Source of the DNA: an uncultured bacterium | GTDB lineage: Bacteria; SAR324; NAC60-12 | Assembly (NCBI GenBank): GCA_965662235.1 | Contig: CBFIGY010000003.1 | Location: forward strand, 96,001-160,000 | Reading direction: 5' to 3' | DNA: 64,000 nt | Shown here: piece after piece, positions 8,477 to 17,942 of the stretch | How the letters are laid out: each line of letters starts with the position of its first letter | Numbering within the stretch: the first letter of the stretch is position 1 | Program-made: the position numbers and the translations under genes | The notes under the pieces: generated by a model | Seen by the model: the letters and a program-made list of their open reading frames with translations, nothing else | Told to the model about the DNA's origin: nothing | Database searches by the model: none

Positions 8477-10587
8477 AACTTGCTGGGGAACGACTGCGCC
8501 TGCAGGTCTTCCGGATTCGCTGCCACCACCGCTTGGAGGAACCGGTTGAAGGCCTTCAGGTACTCCAACTCGACGACAAAAACGTCTAGCAGGTAAAACC
8601 CCGTGTTGTCTGAGTAGTAACTGTCCGGAGGCGGATAACTGGACCAGTCCCGGACCACCAGCTTCAGCTCCCCGATCTCCCGGACCGACAGCTGGGCCAA
8701 CGAGCCCCTCCCCGCGCTCCGGAACCACAGGTCCGAATTCACCCGTTCGTTGTCTCCAATGGAGACGGCAACACGACCACGCAGCAGCCCCTGAGGCCCA
8801 CGGGTTCGGCACTGAGCCCCCGGACAGGTGGTCACCTTCCCGGTTCCGAACACCAGCAGAAAGTCTCCGTAATCCAGCTTCAGGTCCGTGCTCAACCAAG
8901 GACGCTGACTGCCGTTGAGTTTGATGCGGCGGTAGTCCTTCAGGTGGAAGCCCCGTTCAAACTCCGGAAACACCAGTGGATCCGGGCAATTGATGGAAAG
9001 GAAGCCACAGCCCAGGGTCTCACGGCTTTTGCGTTCGGCTTCCTGGTACAGCGCCGCAAACCGACGGTTGGTGTTGAGGTCAATCAAGGAATTCGGCGCT
9101 TCCTCGGCCACCTGTGGAGGCGAGGCGGGCGCCTGACGTTTCTTAAAGCTGATGCGAGCCTGCTTCACCTCGTCCGCCGCCCAGGAAAAGCTCTCATACT
9201 TCTGGATGAAGGCTTCAAACTTCTCATCTGAGGGATTGAACTGCAGTTCCATGTACTCAAACTGCATCCGTGCCTCAAGCTGAGAAACGCCAGACTGGCT
9301 GGAGGCCTCTGGTGAAGGCTTGGGCCGTTTGGCGGCACGCAGTTTCGCCAGCCCCTTCCGGGCAACCTGAACCTCATCGGCCGCCCAAGAAAAGCTTTCG
9401 TAGCGTGCAATGAAGGTCTCATACTTTCCCTCACTCGCTTCAAACGACAGGTCCATGTAGTCCCGCTGCATCCGCGCCTCGCGTTCGGTTGCAGGCTTGG
9501 CGGTGGCAACCGGTTGGGGAGCAGGCGGAGGAGGAGCCGGTTTGGAGGAACCCGCCTTCTGCTCCCGGCGGCGTTCCAGCATCCGGCGTTTCAGTTCCGC
9601 AACCCGGCGGAGGGAGCTCTCGGGAAAGGACTCAATGAAGAAGGCCAGGTCCTCGGGGTTGTCCGACTCCTTCACCAACTCCCAGGCCTCCTCATCCGGA
9701 CGGTACTGGCTCGGGGGTTCGCTCACCTCTGGTTCAGGCGCGGCTTTCATCCGAGCCACCGGCGCCGGTTCCGGCGGTTGCATCCGGTTGAAGTAAAAAT
9801 CACCAGTCAGAGACGAGGCGTCCCACGGAATCTGTGCGCCGTTGCTCTTCTCCTGAACATTGGCCCGGACCCGCTTAAAGATGTCCTCCAGCTTCAGGTT
9901 GGGCTGCTGAATCAGCCGTACCAGCTCGCCGGTGTAGAGGCCGTTGGAGCCATCGCCATCAGACGCCACAGAGCCCGGCGCCGTTGCATAGGAAATGAAG
10001 GTTCCGGAGGGCGCATTGAGCGTTGCCAGACCCTGAGAAGCACTCCGGAAGCTGCGGGCAAAGGGGTTGTTGCGGCAGGCATCCAGAATGACAATGTTCA
10101 TGCCATTGCGGGCGGCTTCCATCTTGGCGAGAACGCGCCCGACGTTCACAGATTCATACTCCACATCCTCCTCAGCGCTCAACCGAGCCGTAACCGGAAC
10201 CATGTAGTTTTCCCCGTCGACCTGAATGCCGTGTCCGGAGTAGTAAAACAGCCCCACGCCCCCTTCCCGGAGGGCCTTGCCAAAGTCATCAATGGCCCGC
10301 TTCATTTCCACCTGCTCGGCGTTCTCCAGCAGACGCACTTGAAAGCCGACGTTTCTCAGCGTCGCAGCCATGGAACGGGCGTCATTGAGCGGATTCTTCA
10401 GCGGCGCCGTTGTGTAGGCTTCGTTGCCAATGATGAGGGCGTGTCGGCGGTCGCTGGCAGGCTCCGGTTCCGCAACCGGTGCAATGCCTCGCTGCGTCTG
10501 TGCTCCTGCTGAAGGCACCAGCAGGCTTGCCAGCAGAGCCAGAGGAATCAGAAGGGTAAGGCTTCGTGTCAGCATGACCATTTTCAA
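8473..10587 (-). CDS. Secreted caspase-family (C14) protein with helical repeats and a C-terminal LecA-like domain
   Basis: Signal peptide ending AGA-Q; ALIIGNEAY, LKNPLNDA, YYSGHG and ILDACRNNP (His/Cys dyad intact). Exact start codon uncertain (10587, 10581 or 10575). Confidence 0.9.
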   Translation of the reverse strand: MKMVMLTRSLTLLIPLALLASLLVPSAGAQTQRGIAPVAEPEPASDRRHALIIGNEAYTTAPLKNPLNDARSMAATLRNVGFQVRLLENAEQVEMKRAIDDFGKALREGGVGLFYYSGHGIQVDGENYMVPVTARLSAEEDVEYESVNVGRVLAKMEAARNGMNIVILDACRNNPFARSFRSASQGLATLNAPSGTFISYATAPGSVASDGDGSNGLYTGELVRLIQQPNLKLEDIFKRVRANVQEKSNGAQIPWDASSLTGDFYFNRMQPPEPAPVARMKAAPEPEVSEPPSQYRPDEEAWELVKESDNPEDLAFFIESFPESSLRRVAELKRRMLERRREQKAGSSKPAPPPPAPQPVATAKPATEREARMQRDYMDLSFEASEGKYETFIARYESFSWAADEVQVARKGLAKLRAAKRPKPSPEASSQSGVSQLEARMQFEYMELQFNPSDEKFEAFIQKYESFSWAADEVKQARISFKKRQAPASPPQVAEEAPNSLIDLNTNRRFAALYQEAERKSRETLGCGFLSINCPDPLVFPEFERGFHLKDYRRIKLNGSQRPWLSTDLKLDYGDFLLVFGTGKVTTCPGAQCRTRGPQGLLRGRVAVSIGDNERVNSDLWFRSAGRGSLAQLSVREIGELKLVVRDWSSYPPPDSYYSDNTGFYLLDVFVVELEYLKAFNRFLQAVVAANPEDLQAQSFPSKF

Positions 10588-10598
10588 GAGAGGATCCG

Positions 10599-11972
10599 TT
10601 ACGGGTTCAGGGTCTGGAGACGCGCCCGGGCGCGGTTGACATAAAACTGAGCGGCCTCCTGAGAAGCGTGCTGCTTGATGAACTGCCGGAGCGCCAAGGC
10701 ACTGCCACTCTGGACCGCTTGCTCATAAGCGGCTCGTGCAGCCGAGCGCTCCTCTACGGAGGGGACCGCAGCAGTGCTGTCCAGAGCCTCCGCCAGGGTT
10801 TCGGCGCGCTTGACGTAAAACGCGGCTTCAGGAACCCCTTCATACTGCCTGATGAATTTCCGGAATGCCAGCCCTGTTCCGGCATCAGCGGCACGCTCAA
10901 AGGCCTCGCGGCTCTCAGCACGACGACGCGACTCCAGACCAGCAGACGTCACCGGGTACGGCGGAGCCACTTCGACTGGTGGCTCTGCCCGCAGCGTCGC
11001 CTGTCGCTCCAACCGATTCAGCTGTAGCCGAGCGGGCTTGGCCAAAGGGCTCGTCGGAAAATGGGTCAGGAAGAAGCGGAAGTCTTCCGGATTTTGAGAA
11101 TCCTGGATCGCTTTCCACGATTCTTCATCTGCGCGAAACAGGGGCGGAGGCCGGACTTCCGGACGAACAGAATTTGTCGGGGAAGCCGCAAGGCCGGGCT
11201 GGAAGTAGAAATCTCCTGTCAGCGAAGACACATCCCATGGCACCTGGGCATTCTGGCTCTTCTGCTGCACAGAGGCCCGGACCCGTTTGAAGACTTCCTC
11301 GACCTTCAGACCTGGCGTTTCCAGGTGCCGCATGAGTTCCCCGGTGTACAGCCCGGTCTCACCGTCACCGTCCGACGCCACAGCCCCTGGAGCCGTCGCA
11401 TAGGCAATGAAGGTTCCCGAGGGCGCATTCAGCATCGCCAGGCCCTGAGAGGCGCTCCGGAAGCTGCGGGCGTAGGGGTTGTTGCGGCAGGCATCCAGAA
11501 TCACGAGGTTCATCGCATTCTGCGCCACTTCCATCTTCGCCAGCACCCGGCCCACGTCCACAGATTCATACTCCACCTCCGCCTCGCCGGTGATCTGAGC
11601 ATCAACCGGAATGAGGTAGTTCCGCCCTCCCACCTGCAAGCCGTGTCCCGAGTAGTAAAACAGCCCCACGCCCCCCTGTTTGAGCTGCCGGCCAAACTCG
11701 TCGATGGCACGCTTCATCTCCGTTTGAGACGCGTTGAGCCGGACCTCGACGGTAAACCCGACCCGACGGAGCGCCTGCGCCATCTGCTGAGCATCATTGA
11801 CCGGGTTCCGCAGCGGCGCTGAGGCGTAACGTGCATTTCCCACCACCAGCGCAAGCCGCTGCCGACTCAAGGAAGGGCCGTCTTCCGTCCGAACAATGCC
11901 CCGGGAGGTCTGTGCCTGCACGGCGCTTCCCAGCAGCAACCCGACGATCAACCACGTTAATTTCTTCACCAT
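10599..11972 (-). CDS. Secreted caspase-family (C14) protein with C-terminal helical repeats
   Basis: GGAGG then ATG at 11972; signal peptide ending VQA-Q; YYSGHG and ILDACRNNP; close paralog of the neighbouring gene. Confidence 0.9.
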   Translation of the reverse strand: MVKKLTWLIVGLLLGSAVQAQTSRGIVRTEDGPSLSRQRLALVVGNARYASAPLRNPVNDAQQMAQALRRVGFTVEVRLNASQTEMKRAIDEFGRQLKQGGVGLFYYSGHGLQVGGRNYLIPVDAQITGEAEVEYESVDVGRVLAKMEVAQNAMNLVILDACRNNPYARSFRSASQGLAMLNAPSGTFIAYATAPGAVASDGDGETGLYTGELMRHLETPGLKVEEVFKRVRASVQQKSQNAQVPWDVSSLTGDFYFQPGLAASPTNSVRPEVRPPPLFRADEESWKAIQDSQNPEDFRFFLTHFPTSPLAKPARLQLNRLERQATLRAEPPVEVAPPYPVTSAGLESRRRAESREAFERAADAGTGLAFRKFIRQYEGVPEAAFYVKRAETLAEALDSTAAVPSVEERSAARAAYEQAVQSGSALALRQFIKQHASQEAAQFYVNRARARLQTLNP

Positions 11973-12096
11973 TGTGCCCTCCTGCATCCAGGGTCCATCT
12001 GACGTTGTTTGCTTACCAAGGAGCCCGCTGCTGCACCGATCCGGACGCGTTCAGCAGAAGCCCCAGCGATGGGTTAGGGGTTAAGACGGACCATTT

Positions 12097-12642
12097 TCAG
12101 AGTTGCGACTCTGGAACCTCTGGAGACTCCGGAGTCTCTGGATCCGTTGAATCTGGGAACTGTTCCAGCCAGGGGTGCAGCTGCTGACGAATCGGTTCCG
12201 CCAGCAGCCCCTCCGCCACCGTCACCCCAGCTTGTTGAAGAATGGCCACTCCGGCACCGTTGACGCGAGGATGCGGGTCTCGGATGCCAATGACCACGCG
12301 GGTCACTCCGGAAGACGCAATCGTCTCGGCACACGCAGGGGTCCGTCCAACAAACGCACACGGCTCCAGCGTACAGTAAAGGGTGGCGCCTTCAAGCGTC
12401 TGGCCGGTTTCCTGTGCCTGCCGAATCGCGGCGGCTTCCGCGTGGTCCTCTCCGGGCGGATGCGTGTGCCCCCAGGCCAATGGCTCGCCTGCTCGGACAA
12501 TCACACAACCGACCCAGGGGTTGTCCCCGGTGGTGCCACGAGCCTGCTCAGCGTGCTCCATTGCCTGCTGCATCCACGCCGCCTCCTCGGGTGACCACGA
12601 CGTCACTTCTGGTTCCGGAACGTCGGTTAATTTCCTTTTCAT
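12097..12642 (-). CDS. Stand-alone RibD-type Zn deaminase domain (no reductase domain)
   Basis: NPWVGCVIV, HAEAAAI, TLEPC..GRTPAC and DPHPRVNGAG. Start uncertain. Confidence 0.85.
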   Translation of the reverse strand: MKRKLTDVPEPEVTSWSPEEAAWMQQAMEHAEQARGTTGDNPWVGCVIVRAGEPLAWGHTHPPGEDHAEAAAIRQAQETGQTLEGATLYCTLEPCAFVGRTPACAETIASSGVTRVVIGIRDPHPRVNGAGVAILQQAGVTVAEGLLAEPIRQQLHPWLEQFPDSTDPETPESPEVPESQL

Positions 12643-12756
12643 TTCAGCTTCATCTCGGAGTCGTTCTTGAAGAATCTGCAGGTATCCGCTAAAACACCAA
12701 AGGGATGACACCCCCCATTGGGCTTTTTTTCAACCTGATTCCCCCTGCATGTTGCC

Positions 12757-13767
12757 ATGCTTAGAACCATTTTTATCGCCGCCCTGATTCTCAGCGGAGT
12801 CAGCGGACTCCTCTGGTACAACCATCAAGCGCCTCAAGCGTCTCACGCAGCCCTGAGCGGAAGCCCCCTCCTTGCCAACTTTTCGGAAGCCGAGCTGGCC
12901 CGGATTCACATCCAGGGCAAGCAGGACGTCGAGCTCCGGCGGGAAACCAATGGCTGGGTCTGGAATGCGGAACACTACCCGGCCGACCCCACGGGACTCC
13001 GACAGCTGCTCCTCAAGCTCTCGGAACGTCCGGTTGGCGACCTCATCACGGACAACCCCAAGCGTGCCGCCCTCTTTGAGCTGAACGAGCCTCAGGCCAA
13101 CGCCTGGAAGGACGGAGAGGATGCCGTCCGGCTGCAGCTGCTCAAGCAAGACGGCAGCGCCTTGCTGGATGTCCTGCTCGGAAAGAACCAGACGGATGCC
13201 AACGGACAGTACATCCGGCTTGCGTCGTCTTCTGAAATCTACGTCTACCCTGAAAAACTCCCGGTTGCTGACAACCCACAGGAGTGGCTGGACCGCCAGC
13301 TGCTCAGCTTCCCCGGAGGCCTCGTCAAGGAGCTGACTTTTACCACACCAGACAAGGACATCCTCCCCCTCCTGAAGGTCAACGGCCAGTGGACTCTGGC
13401 GGGGACCGAGCAAAAGATTAACCAGCAGACCGTCCAAAATGCCGTCTCCACGCTGGCGTCCCTTGAGTTTGCCGAGCTGCTTCCCCGGGACACCCCTGAG
13501 GCTTCCCTGAACCTCGACCGGGCCAGTGAGATTGTCGCGGAGCTAGAAGACGGGCGCTCCTTCCTGCTGACCTTAGCGGAAAAGGAGATGGACAGCGGCA
13601 ACCATGCGGTTCGCCTGAGCCTAGCGCTGGGGGCAACAGACAATGCCACCCTCAGCCAGTCGGTTCAAACCCTCCAGCAGCGCCTCTCCGGACGTCCCTT
13701 CACCCTGAAGTCCTGGGACGCCAACGACCTCCTTCAGACGCGGGATGACCTTTTGGAGAAGCCATGA
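12757..13767 (+). CDS. DUF4340-like exported protein
   Basis: N-terminal anchor helix and a duplicated pattern (W....HYPAD, LLGK....GQYIR, WLDRQLL). Confidence 0.65.
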   Translation: MLRTIFIAALILSGVSGLLWYNHQAPQASHAALSGSPLLANFSEAELARIHIQGKQDVELRRETNGWVWNAEHYPADPTGLRQLLLKLSERPVGDLITDNPKRAALFELNEPQANAWKDGEDAVRLQLLKQDGSALLDVLLGKNQTDANGQYIRLASSSEIYVYPEKLPVADNPQEWLDRQLLSFPGGLVKELTFTTPDKDILPLLKVNGQWTLAGTEQKINQQTVQNAVSTLASLEFAELLPRDTPEASLNLDRASEIVAELEDGRSFLLTLAEKEMDSGNHAVRLSLALGATDNATLSQSVQTLQQRLSGRPFTLKSWDANDLLQTRDDLLEKP

Positions 13768-14720
13768 CCCTGCGCATGTCGGAAAGCTACACGGAGCTGT
13801 CCTTCCACTACATGCAGCTTAACGGAAAGCCCGAGACGCTGCTGGAGTTTCTGCTCCGTCGCTTCCGGTACCTAGATGAGCAGGAGTGGCGTAACAACAT
13901 CGAGGAAGGGCGCCTCATTCTGGACGGCAAGGTGGCTCGTCCCGAATGGGTCCTTCGCAATCATCAAAAAGTCCTCTACCGGCGTCCGGACTTCATGGAG
14001 CCTCCGGTGGATCCTTACTTTGAGGTGGTCTATGAGGATGACGACCTGATTGCGCTCAACAAATCCGGCGACCTTCCCACCAGTCCGTCGGGCAAGTACT
14101 TCAAGCACACCCTCGTTCATCAGGTCAAGGAGCGGTTCGGGTGGGAGAAGCTCTACACCCTCCACCGGCTGGACCGTGAAACCAGTGGTCTGATCCTCTT
14201 TGCCAAACGCCACGAAGTGGCCCAGCTGATGGCCGGTCTCTTCCGCACCCAGCAGGTCCGGAAGACCTACCTTGCCATTCTGCAGCACCCGCTTCCGGAG
14301 CCTGACGTGTTTGTCTCGCTCCCGATTGGTCCGAGCGGCAGTGAGATCCGCATCAAGCAGGGCGTCACGCCGCTCGGCAAGCCGAGTCAGACCTGGTTTC
14401 ATCAACGGGAATCGCTGGAGGCCGGGGTGCTTGTCGAAGTCCGCCCCCTCACCGGCCGGACGCACCAAATCCGAGTGCACGCCAGCTACCTAGGCAGCCC
14501 CATTGTTGGGGACAAGCTCTATGGGCTCCCGGAAGCCGGTTTTCTGGCGTGGCTGGAACATGGAGACTCCGCCCTGGCGCCTTATCACTTTCCGCGACAC
14601 CGTCAGTTGCTTCATGCCTGGAAGGTTCACTTTCAGCACCCCATCACGCATCAACCATTGACTCTTTGTGCAGATGAAGAGATTCTTCTGCGCGAGATGA
14701 ACACCTTTTTACCGGCCTGA
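13764..14720 (+). CDS. RluA/RluD family pseudouridine synthase
   Basis: VVYEDDDLIALNK, LHRLDRETSG, TGRTHQIRVH, PIVGDKLYG and LHA. Confidence 0.92.
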   Translation: MTLRMSESYTELSFHYMQLNGKPETLLEFLLRRFRYLDEQEWRNNIEEGRLILDGKVARPEWVLRNHQKVLYRRPDFMEPPVDPYFEVVYEDDDLIALNKSGDLPTSPSGKYFKHTLVHQVKERFGWEKLYTLHRLDRETSGLILFAKRHEVAQLMAGLFRTQQVRKTYLAILQHPLPEPDVFVSLPIGPSGSEIRIKQGVTPLGKPSQTWFHQRESLEAGVLVEVRPLTGRTHQIRVHASYLGSPIVGDKLYGLPEAGFLAWLEHGDSALAPYHFPRHRQLLHAWKVHFQHPITHQPLTLCADEEILLREMNTFLPA

Positions 14721-14726
14721 GGCTTC

Positions 14727-16442
14727 ATGACAATGGCAACCGAACTGGCCCAGCACTGGGCAGAGCATCCTTTTTTCGACGAAGACACCCGACTCCAAGC
14801 CCAGCGGCTTCTGGAAGAGGCTCATGCGGCTGAGCGAGAAGACTGCTTTGGCGCCGCCCTAGAGTTTGGCACCGGAGGCCTCCGGGGCTTGATGGGCGTG
14901 GGCACCAACCGCATGAACCGCTACACCGTCATGCAGGCCACCGAAGGGCTGGCGCGGTACCTGGAGCTGCATCCGGATCCCCAAGCGCAGGGAGTGGTCA
15001 TTGGCTACGATTCCCGGAACCGGTCACGCGAGTTTGCCGAAACCGCAGCCGAGGTCCTGACGGCTCACCAGATTCGGGTTTTCCTCTTCCGGGAGATTGC
15101 CCCAACGCCTCAAGTGTCCTTTGAACTGCTCAAGCGGAAGGCACAGTCGGCATTGATCCTGACAGCCAGCCACAACCCTCCGGAGTACAACGGTTACAAG
15201 GTTTACTGGAAAAACGGCGGGCAGATTGTTCCCCCGGAGGATCAGGCGATCATTGCTGAAGTCCGGGGCGTCGTGGACTTTTCAGCCATTCCCTCCTGCT
15301 CCCTTGAAGAAGCAGAAGCCCAAGGCCTGCTGGAGTGGATTGAAGCCGAAGCAGATCAGGCCTATTACGAAACGGTGGCCGAACTCTCGGTGGGGAACCG
15401 AGACGACAACCGGGACTTTGGGGTGCTCTACACGCCCCTCCACGGCACCGGAGGACGGTTGGTTCCTGGACTGCTGAAGCACCAGGGCTTTGAGCAGGCC
15501 CACGAGGTGGCAGAACAGATGGTTCCGGATGGGAACTTCAGCACCGTTCCGTCCCCAAACCCGGAAGACCCCAAGGCCTTTGAACGCGCCATGGCGCAGG
15601 CGGATCTGGATGACCGCATCATCCTCTGCAACGACCCGGACGCGGATCGCCTGGGCGTGATGGTCCGGGATGCCACTCAAAACTGGGTGCGGCTCAACGG
15701 CAACCAGATTGGCGTCCTGCTCCTCGACCACACCTTGGCTTCTCTGAAGCAGACCGGAAAGCTTCCGGCAGACGGAGTGTTTGTTGTGAGCATCGTTTCC
15801 TCTCCGCTGGCCAAGGCCGTGGCCACTCACTACGGGTTGCGGACCGTGGAGGTGCTGACGGGCTTCAAGTGGATCCGTGCGGTTGCCGAACAGCTGGAGG
15901 TGGAGGGCTCTGGCTCCTTTGTCTTTGGCATGGAAGAAAGCCACGGCTACCTCATGGGCACCCACTCCGGTGACAAGGATGGCGTCTGGGCCGCCATGGC
16001 CTTTGCCGAAATGGCGGCCTCGCTGGCGGCTCAGGGACTGACACCGGTAGAGAAGCTTCAGCAACTGGAACAGCAGTTTGGCTACCACCTTGACGATCAG
16101 GCCACTCAAACGCTGCCTGGTCTGGAGGGCAAGAAGCAGATTGCAGCCCTCATCCAGCAACTCCGTGAGCAACCTCCGCAGCAGCTGGCTGGACTGTCCG
16201 TGCGCTCCGTGGAAGACCTGCTCAGCAACGAAGTGCACGACCTGCAAACCGGCACCACACAGCCCGGAAAGGGCCTTCCGGCGTCCAATGTGCTCGTTCT
16301 GAATCTGGAATCAGAGGCGCGGGTGATTGTCCGACCTTCCGGAACCGAGCCCAAGATCAAGTACTACTTCAACCTCAAGGACGCAGACGCCACTCAGCTG
16401 GCTCCACGCTTTCAGGCCCTCAAGCAGGACCTCGGTTTATGA
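14727..16442 (+). CDS. pgm: Phosphoglucomutase/phosphomannomutase
   Basis: FGTGGLRG, TASHNP, DPDADR, EESHG and RPSGTEPKIK. Confidence 0.93.
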   Translation: MTMATELAQHWAEHPFFDEDTRLQAQRLLEEAHAAEREDCFGAALEFGTGGLRGLMGVGTNRMNRYTVMQATEGLARYLELHPDPQAQGVVIGYDSRNRSREFAETAAEVLTAHQIRVFLFREIAPTPQVSFELLKRKAQSALILTASHNPPEYNGYKVYWKNGGQIVPPEDQAIIAEVRGVVDFSAIPSCSLEEAEAQGLLEWIEAEADQAYYETVAELSVGNRDDNRDFGVLYTPLHGTGGRLVPGLLKHQGFEQAHEVAEQMVPDGNFSTVPSPNPEDPKAFERAMAQADLDDRIILCNDPDADRLGVMVRDATQNWVRLNGNQIGVLLLDHTLASLKQTGKLPADGVFVVSIVSSPLAKAVATHYGLRTVEVLTGFKWIRAVAEQLEVEGSGSFVFGMEESHGYLMGTHSGDKDGVWAAMAFAEMAASLAAQGLTPVEKLQQLEQQFGYHLDDQATQTLPGLEGKKQIAALIQQLREQPPQQLAGLSVRSVEDLLSNEVHDLQTGTTQPGKGLPASNVLVLNLESEARVIVRPSGTEPKIKYYFNLKDADATQLAPRFQALKQDLGL

Positions 16443-17941
16443 AGCAGGGGTGGTTCGCTTTCCTCTTCTTCCTGAGCCTGCTTGCCTCCTCGGTCCATGC
16501 CCAGAGTCTGCTGACGGAGCAGGTTCGCGTTGAGGTGCCTGTGGTCCGGGAAAACGTTGCAGCGGCCCGTGACGAGGCGCTCAATCAGGGCAAGCAGCAG
16601 CTGACCCTGCGGGGGCTGCAGAGCCTCATCAGCCCCACGCACCAAAGCACCCTGCTCCCCATTCTGCAGCAAGAGGCCCTCAAGGCCGAGGCCAGCGTCT
16701 TAGAGTCCTTCCGCGTCATCTCTGAGCAGCGGGCCGCAGACCTGTCCCGCTTTTCCCTGGTGCTGGAAGGGCGACTCTTCCGGTCTCGCCTGATCGCGTT
16801 GCTACGAGACCGTGGCCTCCCGCTTTCCACCGACAACCGGGTTCCCAAACGCCTGCCCCTTGCGTTGCAGTTGCCTTCCGCCCTCTCTGGCGACCGTCAG
16901 GTGCAGCAGCTCACACAGATGCTCGCCAAGTACCTTGAGCCTTATCAGGTGCAGCTGGGCCAGGCCGCCCGGGTCCGTTCCCTCCAGGGGCTGGATTCAG
17001 CACTGCTCCTCAACCTCGATGCGCCCAGCAACTGGGACGGAAAGCAGGCCAAGGAGGTCACGGTTCAGTGGGGATTGGTGGCGCAAGGGAACCTCCGGGC
17101 GCAGAGTCGCTTCCAGAAGACGCTTGCTCCGGGTCAGGAGCAATGGACCCGTGACCTAGGAGACGCCTTGCTGCTGGAGTGGGGGCCGGTGCTGCAGGCC
17201 GTCTTTGCCCAGGACACTCAGGGCGCCGTCACGGAAATTCAGATCACAGGGGTTCCGGGACCCTTGGAAGAGGCGTTGGTGCTGCGGGTGGCTTTTTCCG
17301 GGAAGCCGCAGTGGAACGACCTTTCCCTCTCTCGGCTGCTGCCTGAGGGAGCGCTGTATCAAGGGGAACTGCGGGGCAATCAAGAAGCTGAGGTGCGAGC
17401 CCTGACGTCTCAACTGCAGCCGCTGGGTCTTCAGGAAGCCGGATGGATTGGACAGCGTCTGCGCCTGCGGTTTGACTGGCAGACTCCACTGCTAGAGCTG
17501 GAGCCCTTTGCCCCAGACCTAATCCTCCAGCGTTTGCTGAAGGAAGCCGAGTGGGATCCGGAGCAGTTTCCAGAGTGGCAGATTCCGGCACGAGGCGGGG
17601 GTCTGACTCGGCTTCCGGAAGAAGGCCGAATGTCTGGAACCATTCTCAACCGTGGTGACTCCGATCTGCTACAGATTCCTGCGGGCTTCTCGGGAACCAT
17701 TCGCTGGCAACGACTGGGACCAACCAACCTCATGCCTCAGGTGTCTCTGTATGACGCCAATCTGCAGTTGCTTGAGCGGCACCGCTTGGGAAAAAAGACC
17801 GCCCTAGAGTTAGACCGCACCGGAGCTGGCGAAGACGCAGGAAGTTTTTTTATACGGGTTTCCGACGAAATTGGCTATATTGAGGGCGTCGTTGGAGGAT
17901 ATCAGCTATTCCACTATATTCTTGAGCTTCGCCCTCAATAA
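16439..17941 (+). CDS. Secreted hypothetical protein
   Basis: Signal peptide (VHA-Q); ATGA overlap with pgm; N-terminal AARDEAL motif reminiscent of FlgT-N/DUF2066 folds. Confidence 0.7.
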   Translation: MKQGWFAFLFFLSLLASSVHAQSLLTEQVRVEVPVVRENVAAARDEALNQGKQQLTLRGLQSLISPTHQSTLLPILQQEALKAEASVLESFRVISEQRAADLSRFSLVLEGRLFRSRLIALLRDRGLPLSTDNRVPKRLPLALQLPSALSGDRQVQQLTQMLAKYLEPYQVQLGQAARVRSLQGLDSALLLNLDAPSNWDGKQAKEVTVQWGLVAQGNLRAQSRFQKTLAPGQEQWTRDLGDALLLEWGPVLQAVFAQDTQGAVTEIQITGVPGPLEEALVLRVAFSGKPQWNDLSLSRLLPEGALYQGELRGNQEAEVRALTSQLQPLGLQEAGWIGQRLRLRFDWQTPLLELEPFAPDLILQRLLKEAEWDPEQFPEWQIPARGGGLTRLPEEGRMSGTILNRGDSDLLQIPAGFSGTIRWQRLGPTNLMPQVSLYDANLQLLERHRLGKKTALELDRTGAGEDAGSFFIRVSDEIGYIEGVVGGYQLFHYILELRPQ

Positions 17942-17942
17942 A

